In this document: positions 1 to 11,985 of the stretch, piece by piece | Layout: every line of letters begins with the position of its first letter | How positions within the stretch are numbered: the stretch's first letter is position 1 | DNA from: Octopus sinensis | Lineage: Eukaryota | Assembly (NCBI RefSeq): GCF_006345805.1 | Contig: NC_042998.1 | Span: forward strand, 6,696,001 to 6,760,000 | Direction: 5' to 3' | DNA: 64,000 nucleotides | Notes under the pieces: model-generated | Seen by the model: the letters and a program-made list of their open reading frames with translations, nothing else | Database searches by the model: none | Told to the model about the DNA's origin: nothing | Position numbers and translations under genes: made by a program

Positions 1-211
1 GAGGCTGGCAACGGCCACAATCGGATGGTGCTTTTTACGTGCCACCGGCACGGAGGTCAGTCGGGGCAGCGCTGGCAATGGTCACGTTTGGATGGTTCTC
101 TTATGTGGCACTGGTATCACAGCTACAATTTCCATTGATGTTGATCGATTTCAATTTTGATTTTCACTTGCCTCAACAGGTCTTCACAAGTAGGGTTTAT
201 GTCACAAGAAG

Positions 212-215
<4 letters not shown>
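1..215 (-). mobile_element. RTE-type LINE 3'-UTR fragment (family E) with ~60-bp internal repeats
   Basis: Reverse complement of the ggcacgtaaaaagcacc.. repeat unit seen in about 13 other copies in the window. Confidence 0.7.
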
Positions 216-243
<28 letters not shown>

Positions 244-679
244 AATTTAAAGGGTATATTTTTTATCCTCTGAAGATATTATGCTCAGGTCATAAATTTA
301 ATATTTACTAAGAATTAATTGTTCCTTCCTTTTTCATCTTCTTCATCTTTTAAATTTAATTTTCATTTTCCCCCTCATTCCTCTTACATGATTAACACTT
401 TGCATTCCAGTATATGCACACACCTCTGCCATGTCACATTCATCTTAACCCTACATGTGCCCACTAATTTTCTTCTTTCATAGAAACAAAAGGATTTTTC
501 TATTTTGCACCACTCTTGTATTGCAATTTCTTTTTCCTTCATATTTACTCCCATCTATTTCCCAATTCTCTCCCAACAGCATTTTCTACCACAGACTCCA
601 TATTCTTCTTTTCTTTCCTTTCATCTCATGTTTGCATCTGCTGCCATTTCCTTCCCTCCAAGTGACTTGACAAATGAAG

Positions 680-1306
680 TGAGTTCATGGCTTGCAGGAC
701 GGCCTGCTGTGCTAACCTTGGATCGTAGAGTGACCCGCTGTTCTTGAGGAGACCTATCGAGTCAAGTACGTCAACACCAACATCAAAAAAATATCAAATG
801 GAAATCGTAGGAAATCAGAACGTGGCAGATGCCAGCGCCGCCTGACTGGCGTCCATGTCGGTGACATGTAAAAAGCACCAACCGATTGTGGCTGTTTCCT
901 GGCCACTTCTGGCCCCTGTACCAGTGGCATGTAAAAAGCACCCACTACACTCACGGAGTTAGTTAGTTAGTTAATTTATTGGCTCAAAAAGCAAAAAGCA
1001 AGGCCATGTAGGGGGACATGGAGTTATATACAGGGTGGTGATCATGTAAAGAGTTCAGGCCACTGGAGGTCAAGGGAGACTTTGAACCGAGCGGTCGTCG
1101 GCATCTTCACCATCTCATCTGGCAGCTTATTCCATGGATCCGCGACCCGGAGTGTTTGGCATTAAGAAGGGCATCCAGCTGTAGAAACACTGCCAGATCA
1201 GATTGGAGCCTGGTGCAACCTCCTGGCTTCCCAGACCCTGGTCAAACCGTCTAACCCATGCTAGCATGGAAAACGGACGTTAAACGATGATGATGATGAT
1301 GATGAT
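680..1306 (+). mobile_element. Family E RTE-type 3' end interrupted by a CR1 3' fragment (958-1150, minus)
   Basis: Tail ...ccaacccatgctagcatggaaaacggacgttaaac(gat)n; the insert at 958-1150 matches the CR1 end at 31001-31190, including its (ttag)n tail. Confidence 0.75.
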
Positions 1307-1840
1307 GAATACGATGAAAAATCCATGCCAACCATCTGCATCCCTGTATCAAATGCCTCTACATTTATACTACACATTTGCCTTGAACCCATGACTTTGT
1401 GAATTGAACTTCTAAACTACGCAACACACTCTTACAACGACCTTTATGATTTGCTCCATTTCTGTCCCCTAAATTTCACTGACTTTATGTGATAGATGTA
1501 ACATGTATGACCATGGGGAACACTATCTCCTTTGGAAACAATTGAGAGTTGGTGACTGGAAGGGCATCCAGCCTTGGAAAATCTGCCTCACCAATTTCCA
1601 TCTGATCCATGCAAGCATGGAAAAGTAGTCGTTAAATGATGATGACGATGATGGTGATGATGGTGGTGATGAAAGTATTCTATTGGTCATTTATGAGCCC
1701 ACAGTTGTTGAAGACCCCTGCACAAGTGAGCATTATAGCACTGAAACCAGACTAAGCAATGGTTTTGGTTACAAGGCTTCACCTGGACATAACATTAAAC
1801 ATTAATATTTTTGCTGGTGTGAATTGTTGTTGCTTGTATA

Positions 1841-2254
1841 CTCTTTTTATTTGTTTCAGTCATTTGACTGTGGCCATGCTGGAGCACCGCCTTCAGTCTA
1901 GCAAATCGACCTCGGGACTTATTCTTTTGTAAGCCCAGTACTTATTCTATCGGTCTCTTTTGCCGAACCGCTAAGTGACGGGGACTTAAACACACCAGCA
2001 TCGGTTGTCAAGCAATGCTAGGGGAACAAACACAGACACACAAACACACACACAAACACACACACACACACACATATATATACATATATACGACAGGCTT
2101 CTTTCAGTTTCCGTCTACCAAATCCACTCACAAGGCATTGGTCGGCCCGAGGCTATAGCAGAAGACACTTGCTCAAGATGCCACGCAGTGGGACTGAACC
2201 CAGAACCATGTGGTTGGTTAGCAAGCTACTTACCACACAGCCACTCCTGCGCCT
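1841..2254 (-). mobile_element. tRNA-derived SINE family A (full length)
   Basis: Head with A/B-box-like tggctgtgtggtaag..gggttcagtccc, central (CA)/(TA) microsatellite, tail ..gaaacaagtaaaagag; more than 20 related copies in the window. Confidence 0.9.
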
Positions 2255-2314
2255 ATATATATGTTTCAAACTAAATATATAATTCATTGTTTTAATGTCC
2301 ATTTTCCCGTAGCT

Positions 2315-2349
<35 letters not shown>

Positions 2350-2398
2350 ATATGTCTCTTTCTCGCTCACTTGCTCTCCCCCCCTCTCTCTCTCTCTC

Positions 2399-2446
<48 letters not shown>

Positions 2447-2907
2447 CTATGTATGTATGTATGTTTATAAACATATAAATATACTTTCTGACAGAAGACT
2501 TCATGATATAATTATACATCTTACTAATGTACGTTGTATTCATCCTATAAATCTTAGTACTGTGCAACATAAATATATAATTACTTTCGAGGATTTTTTA
2601 TTATTTTTTATGCGTATATATATATATATATTCTTTTTTTGCCTTTTCACTTCCATAACAGTTCAATTAATAATTGATATACAATGAATTTGCTGATAAA
2701 AAAAAACTTATTTGTCATTGTGCCATCCTCTGTAGTAAAGAAGAAAATTACTCGGTAGAGCAACAGCTTGGGAGAGTTAGTGAAGCCTCAGAAGCTAAGT
2801 TGTACGATCAGGTTTTCCAGAGTGCACAGTCAGGTGTTTCCTCCCTCTTCTCTTCTTTATGTGGTGTTCAGGTTTGCAAAAAGCACTCAGGAATGAATGC
2901 TTGTAGT

Positions 2908-3404
2908 TTAACCCTTTCGTTACCAACCCGGCTGAAACCGACTCTGTCTCTCTGTAGTACAAATCTCTTGTTTTCATAAGTTTTGAATTAAAATCTTCCA
3001 CCAAGCCTCAGGCACAATTTATGTTCCTAATACTAGCTTAATGATAACTAAGTTGTTTTACTAAATTCTTTGTTATATTTAAAGTAACCGAAAGAAACAG
3101 AGCATCTCAAAATAAATACAGTAACGAAAGGGTTAAACAAGATATAGTGAACAACAAACTACAAGCATGTCGTTCATTAAATTAACCCTTTTGATACCAA
3201 TCTGGCTGAAACCAGCTCTGGCTCTGAGTACAAATGTCTTGTTTTCATAAGTTTTAAATTAAAATCTTCCACCTTGGTCACAATGTATGTTCCTAATACT
3301 AGCTTAATGATAACTAAGTTATTTTACTAAATTCTTTGTTATATTTAAAGTAATTGAAAGAAGCACAGAGCATCTCAAAATAAATACAGTAACGAAAGGG
3401 TTAA
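2908..3404 (+). mobile_element. Two adjacent piggyBac-like MITEs (2908-3136, 3182-3404)
   Basis: TTAA-ccctttcgttac ... gtaacgaaaggg-TTAA terminal inverted repeats with TTAA target sites; third copy at 7691-7919. Confidence 0.8.
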
Positions 3405-3875
3405 TGTCCATTGTCCATACTGGCATGGGCTGACGGTTTGACCAAGACTGATAAGATGAGGGGCTGCACCAGACTCCAGTCTGATTTGACATAATTTGGT
3501 TTCTACAGCTGGATGCCCTTCTTAATGACAATAACTCTGAGAGTATAATGGGTGCCTTTTACATGCCACTGGCACAGGTACCAGTTGCATGACACCAGTC
3601 TCTGCCACGACTATGATTTCACTTGGCTTGATAGGTCTTCTTCTCAAGCACAACACCAAAGGTCTTGGTCATTTGTCATTGCCTCCAATGCTCGAGAATT
3701 GCATTTTATGTGTGGCTGGCACACTTTCCTAAATGCTAGCAGAAATATCCCCATTACAGCGCTAGTAAGAACTATGGAAAGATGTTTGAAACTTCAGAGA
3801 CTGATTTGTATCCAGACAGCTTATGATGACGGGTTTTAGAATAAGATGGGCGTTGTAGATTTAACTACTCAATGT

Positions 3876-4103
3876 ATTGGGTTGTCCGCAAAGTTTGTGC
3901 CAATTTTTAAAGGAAAGAAAAAGGTCAATAAATACTTGCCATTACATTTTTAATCAACCAAATATGAACCATTTTGTTGCACAATGCGTCTCCATCTTTC
4001 CTTTAATTTGAAAATACCCTCTTCCCAGAATTGAGGTGCCTGGGAGGGTAAATCGAAAAGTAAGCTACTATAAATCGGCACAAACTATCCAGTCAATCCA
4101 ATA
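3876..4103. mobile_element. mariner-derived MITE
   Basis: TA-ttgggttgtccgcaaagtttgtgcc ... ggcacaaactatccagtcaatccaa-TA imperfect TIRs; interior resembles a mariner 3' end. Confidence 0.6.
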
Positions 4104-4749
4104 GATATGACTAACCAATTCTTTTCATTTCATTTCACTTTATCACAATCTTATATTGCAAATGGATAACAGTAGCAATATTGGTCACAGATTTAAGGTG
4201 GAAAGTTGGCAGAATTGTTAGCACATTGGGAAAAATACTTAGCAGCTTTTTGTCAATCTTTACATTCTGGGTTCAAATGCCATCGGGGTTGACTTTGCAT
4301 TTCATCCCTTCGGGGTTGATAAAATAAATAACAGGTGAGCACTGGGGTCGATTTAAGTGACTTAGCTCCAACCTCAAAATTTCTGGTCCTGTGCCAAAAT
4401 TTGAAATCAATATCGGTTACAGGTTTTCGTCAATAAGCCAATCACTGGTTCATTGCGTTTTTGCAGATGACATTGATGAAGGAATGGTCATAAATCATTC
4501 TAGTACAAATATCACATGAGAAATCATTTGAGAAACACTGGATTTTCTGGGGTTTTTTTTTCTTGTGGCCATTAAAATTTTTTGTCAGTAGGTGTAGGAG
4601 TGGGTGTGTGGTAAGTAGCTTGCTTACGAACTACATAGTTCCGGGTTCAGTCCCACTGCGTTGCACCTTGGCCAAGTGTCTTCTACTATAGCTTCAAGCC
4701 AACCAAAGCCTTGTGAGTAGATTTGGTAGACGGAAACTGAAAGAAGCCC

Positions 4750-4780
<31 letters not shown>

Positions 4781-4843
4781 ATATAATTTGTGAATTGAAG
4801 AAATGGAGTTGAACGAAGATTGAACAGAAATCGTTTTATTGCA

Positions 4844-4923
4844 TTCTACACGTGTTTCGAAAGGCACAATTTACCAAATTCCGATTGAATAATGAGACCA
4901 TATTGTGTCTTTCTCTTCAGGAA
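4844..4923 (-). ncRNA. Type I hammerhead ribozyme motif
   Basis: Minus strand: uuc-CUGAAGA-GAAAGACACAAU...AUUGUGCCUUUC-GAAA-CACGUG-UA-gaa; stem II 11/12 bp, palindromic stem III, GUA site, stem I only 3 bp. Confidence 0.7.
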
Positions 4924-5238
4924 GAAATAGGAAATCCGTTGGAAAAAGCAAAAACAGAACAGAGGCGGAGCAAAACAAATCGAACGAGGCTCCTAAGAGC
5001 CCATGGCCTTTCGAAACACGTGTAGAATGCAATAAAACGATTTCTGTTCAATCTTCGTTCAACTCCATTTCTTCAATTCACTAATAATATTAAAATTCAA
5101 TTATCCACACCAACGCACGGTTGCAACACCATATGGTTGTACCTCCAACCGTGCTGTCTTCTGCTGTGATTTTTGCTACCAAGGTACCGGTTAAACTTTT
5201 GATTAATCTGCAACAAGATTATTCATCTTTCTATTTCA

Positions 5239-5286
<48 letters not shown>

Positions 5287-5713
5287 CTAATGTAGGATAA
5301 AATTTTTTTTTTTTCGAGAAAAAAATTTTATCAATGGCCAGCATATCAAAAAATACCTTTAAAGGTTAAATTTATAAATAATTTACAAAATAAGGGCAAA
5401 AGAAAAATTCTAATGCCAAATATGCCGAAAAAAAGACAAAATTGTCAATAACCATTATTATTTATGCGTCTCGAAACAAACCGATAGAAATTTCTAAAAT
5501 AAAAAAAAATTTATCCTACATTAGTTATAAATTTAATAGTGTTCACTTCCAGATTCTCTCACTCTGTGAAAGTTTCTAGTTCGAATCACACATGTCTTGA
5601 GATGTACCAAAGATTTTCTATTTTGGATACATTTGGGGTACTTAGGTCTGCTCAGGACTTAGTGCTTGCTTTTTCCATGGGTATAAGTAAGTATTTCACT
5701 TATATTTCACGTA

Positions 5714-5776
5714 TTTATCGCTGAAGAGGGGAAAATTCTTATGAATTAACCCCGAAATTGGGACCTATACGGTAAA
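5714..5776 (+). ncRNA. Type I hammerhead ribozyme motif
   Basis: uuuaucg-CUGAAGA-gggg..cccc-GAAA-uugggaccua-UA-cgguaaa; 7-bp stem I with one G-U pair, stem III slightly mutated. Confidence 0.7.
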
Positions 5777-5802
5777 AACGGATGTAAATTATGTATGTGT
5801 GT

Positions 5803-5840
<38 letters not shown>

Positions 5841-6295
5841 AACATCGCTTGACAACCGATGCTGGTGTGTTTGCATCCCCGTAACTTAGTGGTTTGACAA
5901 AAGAGACCGATAGAATAAGTACTAGGCTTACAAAGAATGAGTTCTGGTGTCAATGTGCTCGAATAAAGGCGGTGCTCCAGCATGGCCACAGTCAAATGAC
6001 TGAAACACGTAAAGAGAGTATACAATAGCAAAATAATCTGCAGTTACTCTATCCAGATAAATGCTAATGGGTTAAGGTATGTATGGATTGTGTGAAGGGA
6101 ACGTGAATACCCTCTTCGTTCTCCATCCTTGATTCAAAAGAACATTGAGGATCTGACTGCTGGAGGGAAAGAAAAACCAAAATGAAATGAAGTGGGTTTG
6201 TCAGGTTGGGCACACCACCTTGTCTAAAAGTGGGATCCATTAAATTATGTGTTTTTATTAATGGTAATGAGGAAATATCACAAGACTTCCTAATA

Positions 6296-6530
6296 CCTAT
6301 TTCTTTATTACCCACAAGGGGCTAAACACAGAGGGGACAAACAAGGACAGACATAGGTACTAAGTCGATTATATCGACCCCAGTGCGTAACTGGTACTTA
6401 ATTTATCGACCCCGAAAGGATGAAAGGCAAAGTCGACCTCGGCGGAATTTAAACTCACAACGTAACAGCAGACGAAATACCGCTAAGCATTTCGCCCGGC
6501 GTGCTAACATTTCTGCCGGCGCTCCGCCTT
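6296..6530 (-). mobile_element. tRNA-derived SINE family B
   Basis: Matches the copy at 37876-38100; flanked by duplicated cttcctaatacc (TSD). Confidence 0.85.
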
Positions 6531-6755
6531 CCTAATACCAGCCACTTTACTGAGTGTCTTGGGTGTATTTTAGGAGGCACCAGCACTGATGAGGATGTAA
6601 TTACTTGGTGATTTCACTGGTGCTTATGCCATGTAAAAGCACCAAGTCCACTCTGTAAAATGGTTGGCAACAGGAACGGCATCAATACCAAAGCAGACAG
6701 TTGAACCTGGTACACTCTTCTGGATTGCCAGTTCCTATCAAACTATTCAACCCAT

Positions 6756-7464
6756 TTCGCTTTTGGATTTGGTTTGCAAGATTCTTTATATGAGTTCTTG
6801 TGTTGACGCATATTCTGTTGTGTCTGGGGAGAGTCATTTTCTTTTTGTGCCTTATAATGTAACACACTCATTGGTAAAATTTCCACTTTTTTCTTATTTT
6901 TATTTTCCTAAAATTTTCGTTGCATCTTGCAAACTTTTCAATAGTTTTGACTCTCTTAATATTTAGTACGGAAGATCTTCTCAGTAAAATCAGCATAGTC
7001 AAAACTATTGAAAATGTTACAAAAATTTTAGAAAAATAAAAATAAGAAAACAATTGCAGTGTGGAAGGTGTTTGTAAGCCATTTAAGAAACACAAAAAAC
7101 CCGTTCGATTCACTTCAACATTTAAGTTTAATTTGTCAAAATATTTTTGTCGCTAAAATCCGCGACCTGTTCACTGAGCACGGATTTTTGTCAGTGAACA
7201 GGTCGCGGATTTTAGCGACGAAAATATTTCGACAAATTAAATTTAAATGTTGAAGTGAATCGAACGGCTTTTGTGTGTTTCTTAAATGGCTTACAAACAC
7301 CTTCCACACTGCAATTGTTTTCGTTCCAGCACACGATCTCAGATCAAATCACTTGCTCTGCAAGTACATCTTCATAAAAATAAGAAAAAAGTGGAAATTT
7401 TACCGGTGAGTGTGTTACATTATAAGGCACAAAAAGAAAATTACTCTCCCCAGACACAACAGAA
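6756..7464. mobile_element. Multiply palindromic fold-back insertion
   Basis: Nested inverted arms (~6809-6905/7375-7467; ~6890-6952/6998-7050; ~7051-7176/7191-7319); flanked by duplicated tattcaacccat (6744-6755, 7465-7476). Confidence 0.7.
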
Positions 7465-7690
7465 TATTCAACCCATGTCAGTATGGAAAATGGATGTTAA
7501 ATGATGATAATGAAGATCATGGAGATGAGTTGGTATTAAACAACAACACTTCTAAGAGACAAACTCAAGCTGCAGCTATTTCAGTTTGTATCATAAAGCA
7601 AAAGAAATTTCTAATTAAATGCTGCTTACTATGAGACCACAATAATCTGGTGTAACAGAGGGCAGTTTGATACAATATGAACTTCTATAT

Positions 7691-7919
7691 TTAACCCTTT
7701 CGTTACTGTATTTATTTTCAGATGCTCTGTATTTCTTTCAATTACTTTAAATATAACAAAGAATTTAGTAAAATAACTTAGTTATCATTAAGCTAGTGTT
7801 AGGAACATAAATTGTGACTAAGGTTTGGTGGAAGATTTTAATTCAAAACATATGAAAACAAGACATTTGTATTAAAGAGCCAGAGCTGGTTTCAGCTGGG
7901 TTGGTAACGAAAAGGTTAA
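7691..7919 (-). mobile_element. piggyBac-like MITE
   Basis: Reverse complement of 2908-3136 with TTAA ends. Confidence 0.8.
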
Positions 7920-8290
7920 GAGATGAGAATTATATACATTATCTACATTATTTATAATTGATGGATATTTGTCGTCATCTTGCTTGTTGTTAACACAACA
8001 TTTCAGCTGATATACCCTCCAGCCTTCATCAGGTGTCTTGGGGAAATTTTGAACCTGAGTTTTCATTCCTAAGGTATTTGTTGTTGTTCTTGCTGTTGTT
8101 GTTGTTCAGGTCACTGCATAGAATCAAACTCAGAATAACATTGAAAAATACCTTAGGAATGAGAACCCAGGTTCGAAATTTCCCCAAGACACCTGAAGAA
8201 GGGTGGAGGGTATATCAGCTGAAACGTGTTAACAACAAACAAGATGAGGACAAATATCCATCAAATGTAAATAATGTAGATAATGTATAT
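7920..8290. mobile_element. Head-to-head inverted pair of PLE-like ends, each with a minimal hammerhead motif (7993-8036 minus; 8189-8230 plus)
   Basis: acac-CUGA(U/A)GA-aggcug..cagcu-GAAA-(c/u)guu-gugu; same architecture at 37390-37755. Confidence 0.65.
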
Positions 8291-8931
8291 GGACTTCTGT
8301 CTTATATTATGTGAAGTTTGTCAAGAATTTGTGCATCTCCTTCATTAAGAGAAAGTAAGATTATTTGATTACCAGACAAATAGGTTGCTTTGTAAATTGG
8401 TAGGTAGATTGATAGATACACAAACTCAAACACTTACACATATACATGCACAAAGAGAGTTAAATGTGTGTGTGTGTGTGTGTGTCTGTCTGGCTGTCTA
8501 TGTTGCATATGTTAATGAAATATATCTATTCTTTCAACATACATACGCTTATGTTGATTATTCCATCTTCACAGACGATTGTCATCTACTTGTGCTTCCT
8601 CATTTTCAAAGCCTCTCTACCTTTCCATCCATGACCTCCCAGATGACTATTTTGATCCAGATGTTTTGGAGCGTAAATGAGGAGATAGCTACATGTTTTG
8701 CAGCCTGTGGTTTCAGGTTCAGTACCACTATGACGTATCATGAGCAAGTGTCTTCTACTATAGCCTCGGGTCGACCCAAGCCTTTTGAGTGGAATTGGTA
8801 GACAGAAACGGAAAGAAGCCTGTTGTATATATGACGGGAAGCTTTATGAAAATAGACAAAAGACGAAGGCAGGTGGAAAACAAACGAACAATTGTATTAG
8901 TATGGCGCTCAGGAAATATAAATAAAACAAG

Positions 8932-8969
8932 TCTTTAACGTTTCGAGCCTACGCTCTTCAACAGAAAGA
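8932..8969 (-). ncRNA. Minimal type I hammerhead-like motif (variant core CUGUUGA)
   Basis: ucuuu-CUGUUGA-a-gagc-guag-gcuc-GAAA-CG-UU-aaaga; lies in an insert (~8833-9025) within a SINE A microsatellite. Confidence 0.55.
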
Positions 8970-9272
8970 TACACAGAGAGAAAAAAAACACAGAAAGAAG
9001 GAGAGAAAAAAAATGCGTGCAGTAGCTAATGTGTGTGTGTGTGTGTAAGAGTATTTTTGTGTACTTGTGTTTGTCCCCCCCCAACATCGCTTGACAACCG
9101 ATGTTGGTGTGTTTATGTCCCTGTAACTTAGCAGTTTGGCAGAAGAGACTGATAGAATAAGTACTAGGCTTACAAAGAATAATTTCTGGGGTTGATTTGT
9201 TCAAGTAAAGGCACTGCTCCAGCATGGCTGCAGTCAAATGACTGAAACATGTAAAAGAATAGAAGAATATAT

Positions 9273-9311
<39 letters not shown>

Positions 9312-9614
9312 TATGTGTGTATGATTGTGTGTGTGTGGGTGTGTGCATGTATCTTTGTGACTGTTTCTTACCTCTCCTCCAGTGCTTGTTCAACCAGCGT
9401 TGGTTTGTTTACATCCCAATAACTTTAGTGCTTCAGTAAAAATAGACTGATAAAATAAGTACTAAACTATATAAAAAAAAAAGAGACAAAAACCTTTAAT
9501 ATTGGGGTTGATTAGTTCAACTGAAGTTCTTAAGGTGTTGCCCCAGCATGGCTGTAGTCTAATGACTGGACCATGTGAAGGATAAATGATAAAAGAAACT
9601 AAAAATGAAGTTTC

Positions 9615-10058
9615 TTATTTCTTTATTACCCACAAGGGGCTAAACACAGAGAGGACAAACAAGGACAGACAAACGGATTGAATCGATTATATCGACCTCA
9701 GTGCGTAACTGGTACTTATTTAATCGACCCTGAAAGGATGAAAGGCAAAGTCAACCTTGGCGGAATTTGAACGTAGAACTTAACGACAGACAAAATACCT
9801 ATTTCTTTACTACCCACAAGGGGCTAAACATAGAGGGGATTAACAAGGACAGACGAAGGGATTAAGTCGATTATATCGACCCAGTGCATAACTGGTACTT
9901 ATTTAATCGACCCTGAAAAGATGAAAGGCAAAGTCGACCCCAAAAGGATGAAAGGCAAAGTCGACCTCGGCGGAATTTGAACTCGGAACGTAACGGCAGA
10001 CGAAGTACTGCTATGCATTTCGCCTGGTGTAGTAACATTTCTGCCAGCTCACCCCCTT
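9615..10058 (-). mobile_element. SINE B with internal tandem duplication
   Basis: Repeated ..cccacaaggggctaaacac..gaaaggatgaaaggcaaagtc units. Confidence 0.8.
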
Positions 10059-10126
10059 AGAAAATGAAGTTTCTGCAAGTGTTTATGAAATTGGCAAAAT
10101 AAATAAATAAATAGATAAATAAGATA

Positions 10127-10508
10127 GGCGCAGGAGTGGCTGTGTGGTAAGTAGCTTGCTAACCAACCACATGGTTCCGGGTTCAGTCCCACTGCGTGGC
10201 ATCTTGGGCAAGTGTCTTCTGCTATAGCCCCGGGCCGACCAATGCCTTGTGAGTGGATTTGGTAGACGGAAACTGAAAGAAGCCTGTCGTATATATGTAT
10301 GTGTTTGTACCCCTAGCATTGCTTGACAACCGATGCTGGTGTGTTTACGTCCCCGTCACTTAGTGGTTCGGCAAAAGAGACCGATAGAATAAGTACTGGG
10401 CTTACAAAGAATAAGTCCCGGGGTCGATTTGCTCGACTAAAGGCTGTGCTCCAGCATGGCCGCAATCAAATGACTGAAACAAGTAAAAGAGTAAAAGAGT
10501 AAAGAGAG
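10127..10508 (+). mobile_element. SINE A (full length, young)
   Basis: ggcgcaggagtggctgtgtggtaag head to (gtaaaaga)n tail. Confidence 0.9.
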
Positions 10509-10549
10509 ATAAATAAATAAATAAGATAAAATAAAATAGAATGCTTCAA

Positions 10550-11115
10550 AGAGTAATGTAAAACTGAATGTTAACATGATGCTGCAAAATGATACTGGCA
10601 GTCAGGAACTGGTAAGGTCTCAGAAGTTCTGGATGGATTTGATATAAACCGATGTTGAACAGCAATCGCCGACTGAAAGAATTTGAATGATCACTTGTTA
10701 AAATTTTGGTCAAGTTTGATGCCTTAATGGAAACTAATAAGAGAACAAATGTCATGAGTGTCAGTGTTACTGAATGTAGAAAAACCAAAATCACGGCTTC
10801 TTTAGAATGGATTTGATGGAAAAATTGATTGCTTAGCATTAATTCCTCAGAATTATTTTGGAGATTAAGAGCTTTTAATGCAAACATTCTTTTCAAAAGC
10901 AATAATAGGTCATGTTATTTTGAAGTAAGACCATTACTGATACGCATTAAGCCATTAGTCATAGAGAAGCTAGAGAAAATAATTAATGAGGATCTCTGAG
11001 AAATGATTCCTTCTGGAAGGAATAATTGGACTTCTCTGTTTGTGATGATGCAAAAGAGAAAAAAAAAAAAGGATGGAAATCTCAGAATACAAGAGGACCA
11101 TAAAATAGGTGTAAT
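10550..11115 (+). pseudogene. Degraded Ty3/Gypsy pol (protease-RT junction) relic
   Basis: Translates to ..IKPLVIEKLEKIINED..NWTS..KKDGNLRIQEDHKIGV, resembling Gypsy RT N-terminal W-SP..KKDG-LR-C-DY; contains stops and frameshifts. Confidence 0.6.
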
Positions 11116-11444
11116 TTATCATCATTTTAGTGTCCCCTTTTCCATATTTCTAAGGGTCAGATGGAATTTGTTGAGGTGGATTTTCTACATCTGGATGCTC
11201 TTCCTATCCCCCAACCTTCACTTGTTTCCAACCGAGGAAATAATTTCTCTTTGGACAGACAAGTTTTTCATGGAAGATTGGAAATGAAGGATGTCACTTC
11301 CATGATAGTTACACTCATTTACAAACATCATGTGGTGTCAAAACAGGGAGACAATAAGATGCACACACACATGCACAGACACACGGACACACACATGTGC
11401 ATGCATATACACATACATATACATACATATCTATTTATATATAT

Positions 11445-11985
11445 ATATAAAATCAAAATCAAACCAAATCAAATCAGATATCAGAAAGCAGAACCAAAAT
11501 CGAAGCTGATCAACATCAATGGAAATTGCAGCTGTGATACCAGTGCCGGTGACAAGTAAGTGAACCATCCAATCGTAGCTGTTGCCAGCGCCGCCTCGAC
11601 TGGCCTCTGTTCCGGTGGCAGGTAAAAAGCACCATCCGTTCGTGGCCGTTGCCAGCCTGGCCTGGGCCCCGTGCCTGTGGCACGTAAAAAGCACCATCCG
11701 ATCGTGGCCGTTGCCAGCCTCGCGTGGCCCCCATGCCAGTAGCACGTAAAAAGTACCATCCGTCCATGGCCGTCTGCCAGCTCCGTCTGGCACCTGTGCG
11801 GGTGGCACGTAAAAAGCACCCACTACACTTGCAGAGTTGTTGGCGTTAGGAAGGGCATCCAGCTGTAGAAACACTGCCAGATCAGACTGGAGCCTGGTGC
11901 AGCCTCCTGGCTTCCCAGACCCCGGTCGAACCGTCCAACCCGTGCTAGCATGGAAAACGGACGTTAAACGATGATGATGATGATA
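11445..11985 (+). mobile_element. Family E RTE-type 3' end with ~5 tandem 60-bp units
   Basis: Repeated ggcacgtaaaaagcaccatccg..gttgccagc units, (gat)n tail. Confidence 0.8.

Larger units (their letters stand above)
4589..6020 (+). mobile_element. SINE A split by two hammerhead-bearing insertions in its (TA)n tract
   Basis: Head at 4589-4749, tail at ~5790-6020; inserts 4786-5243 and 5285-5790 are bounded by microsatellite. Confidence 0.8.

Noticed and set aside
268-312. CUGAAGA next to (TA)n
   Set aside because: No GAAA or stem III downstream
2005-2687. ORFs such as ..TRHWSARGYSRRHLPK.. and YIYI/HTHT-rich ORFs throughout the window
   Set aside because: They are translations of SINE A and microsatellites and recur at every copy
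4467-4519. Possible terminal coding exon after ttttgcag
   Set aside because: Very short, no homology and no partner exons identified
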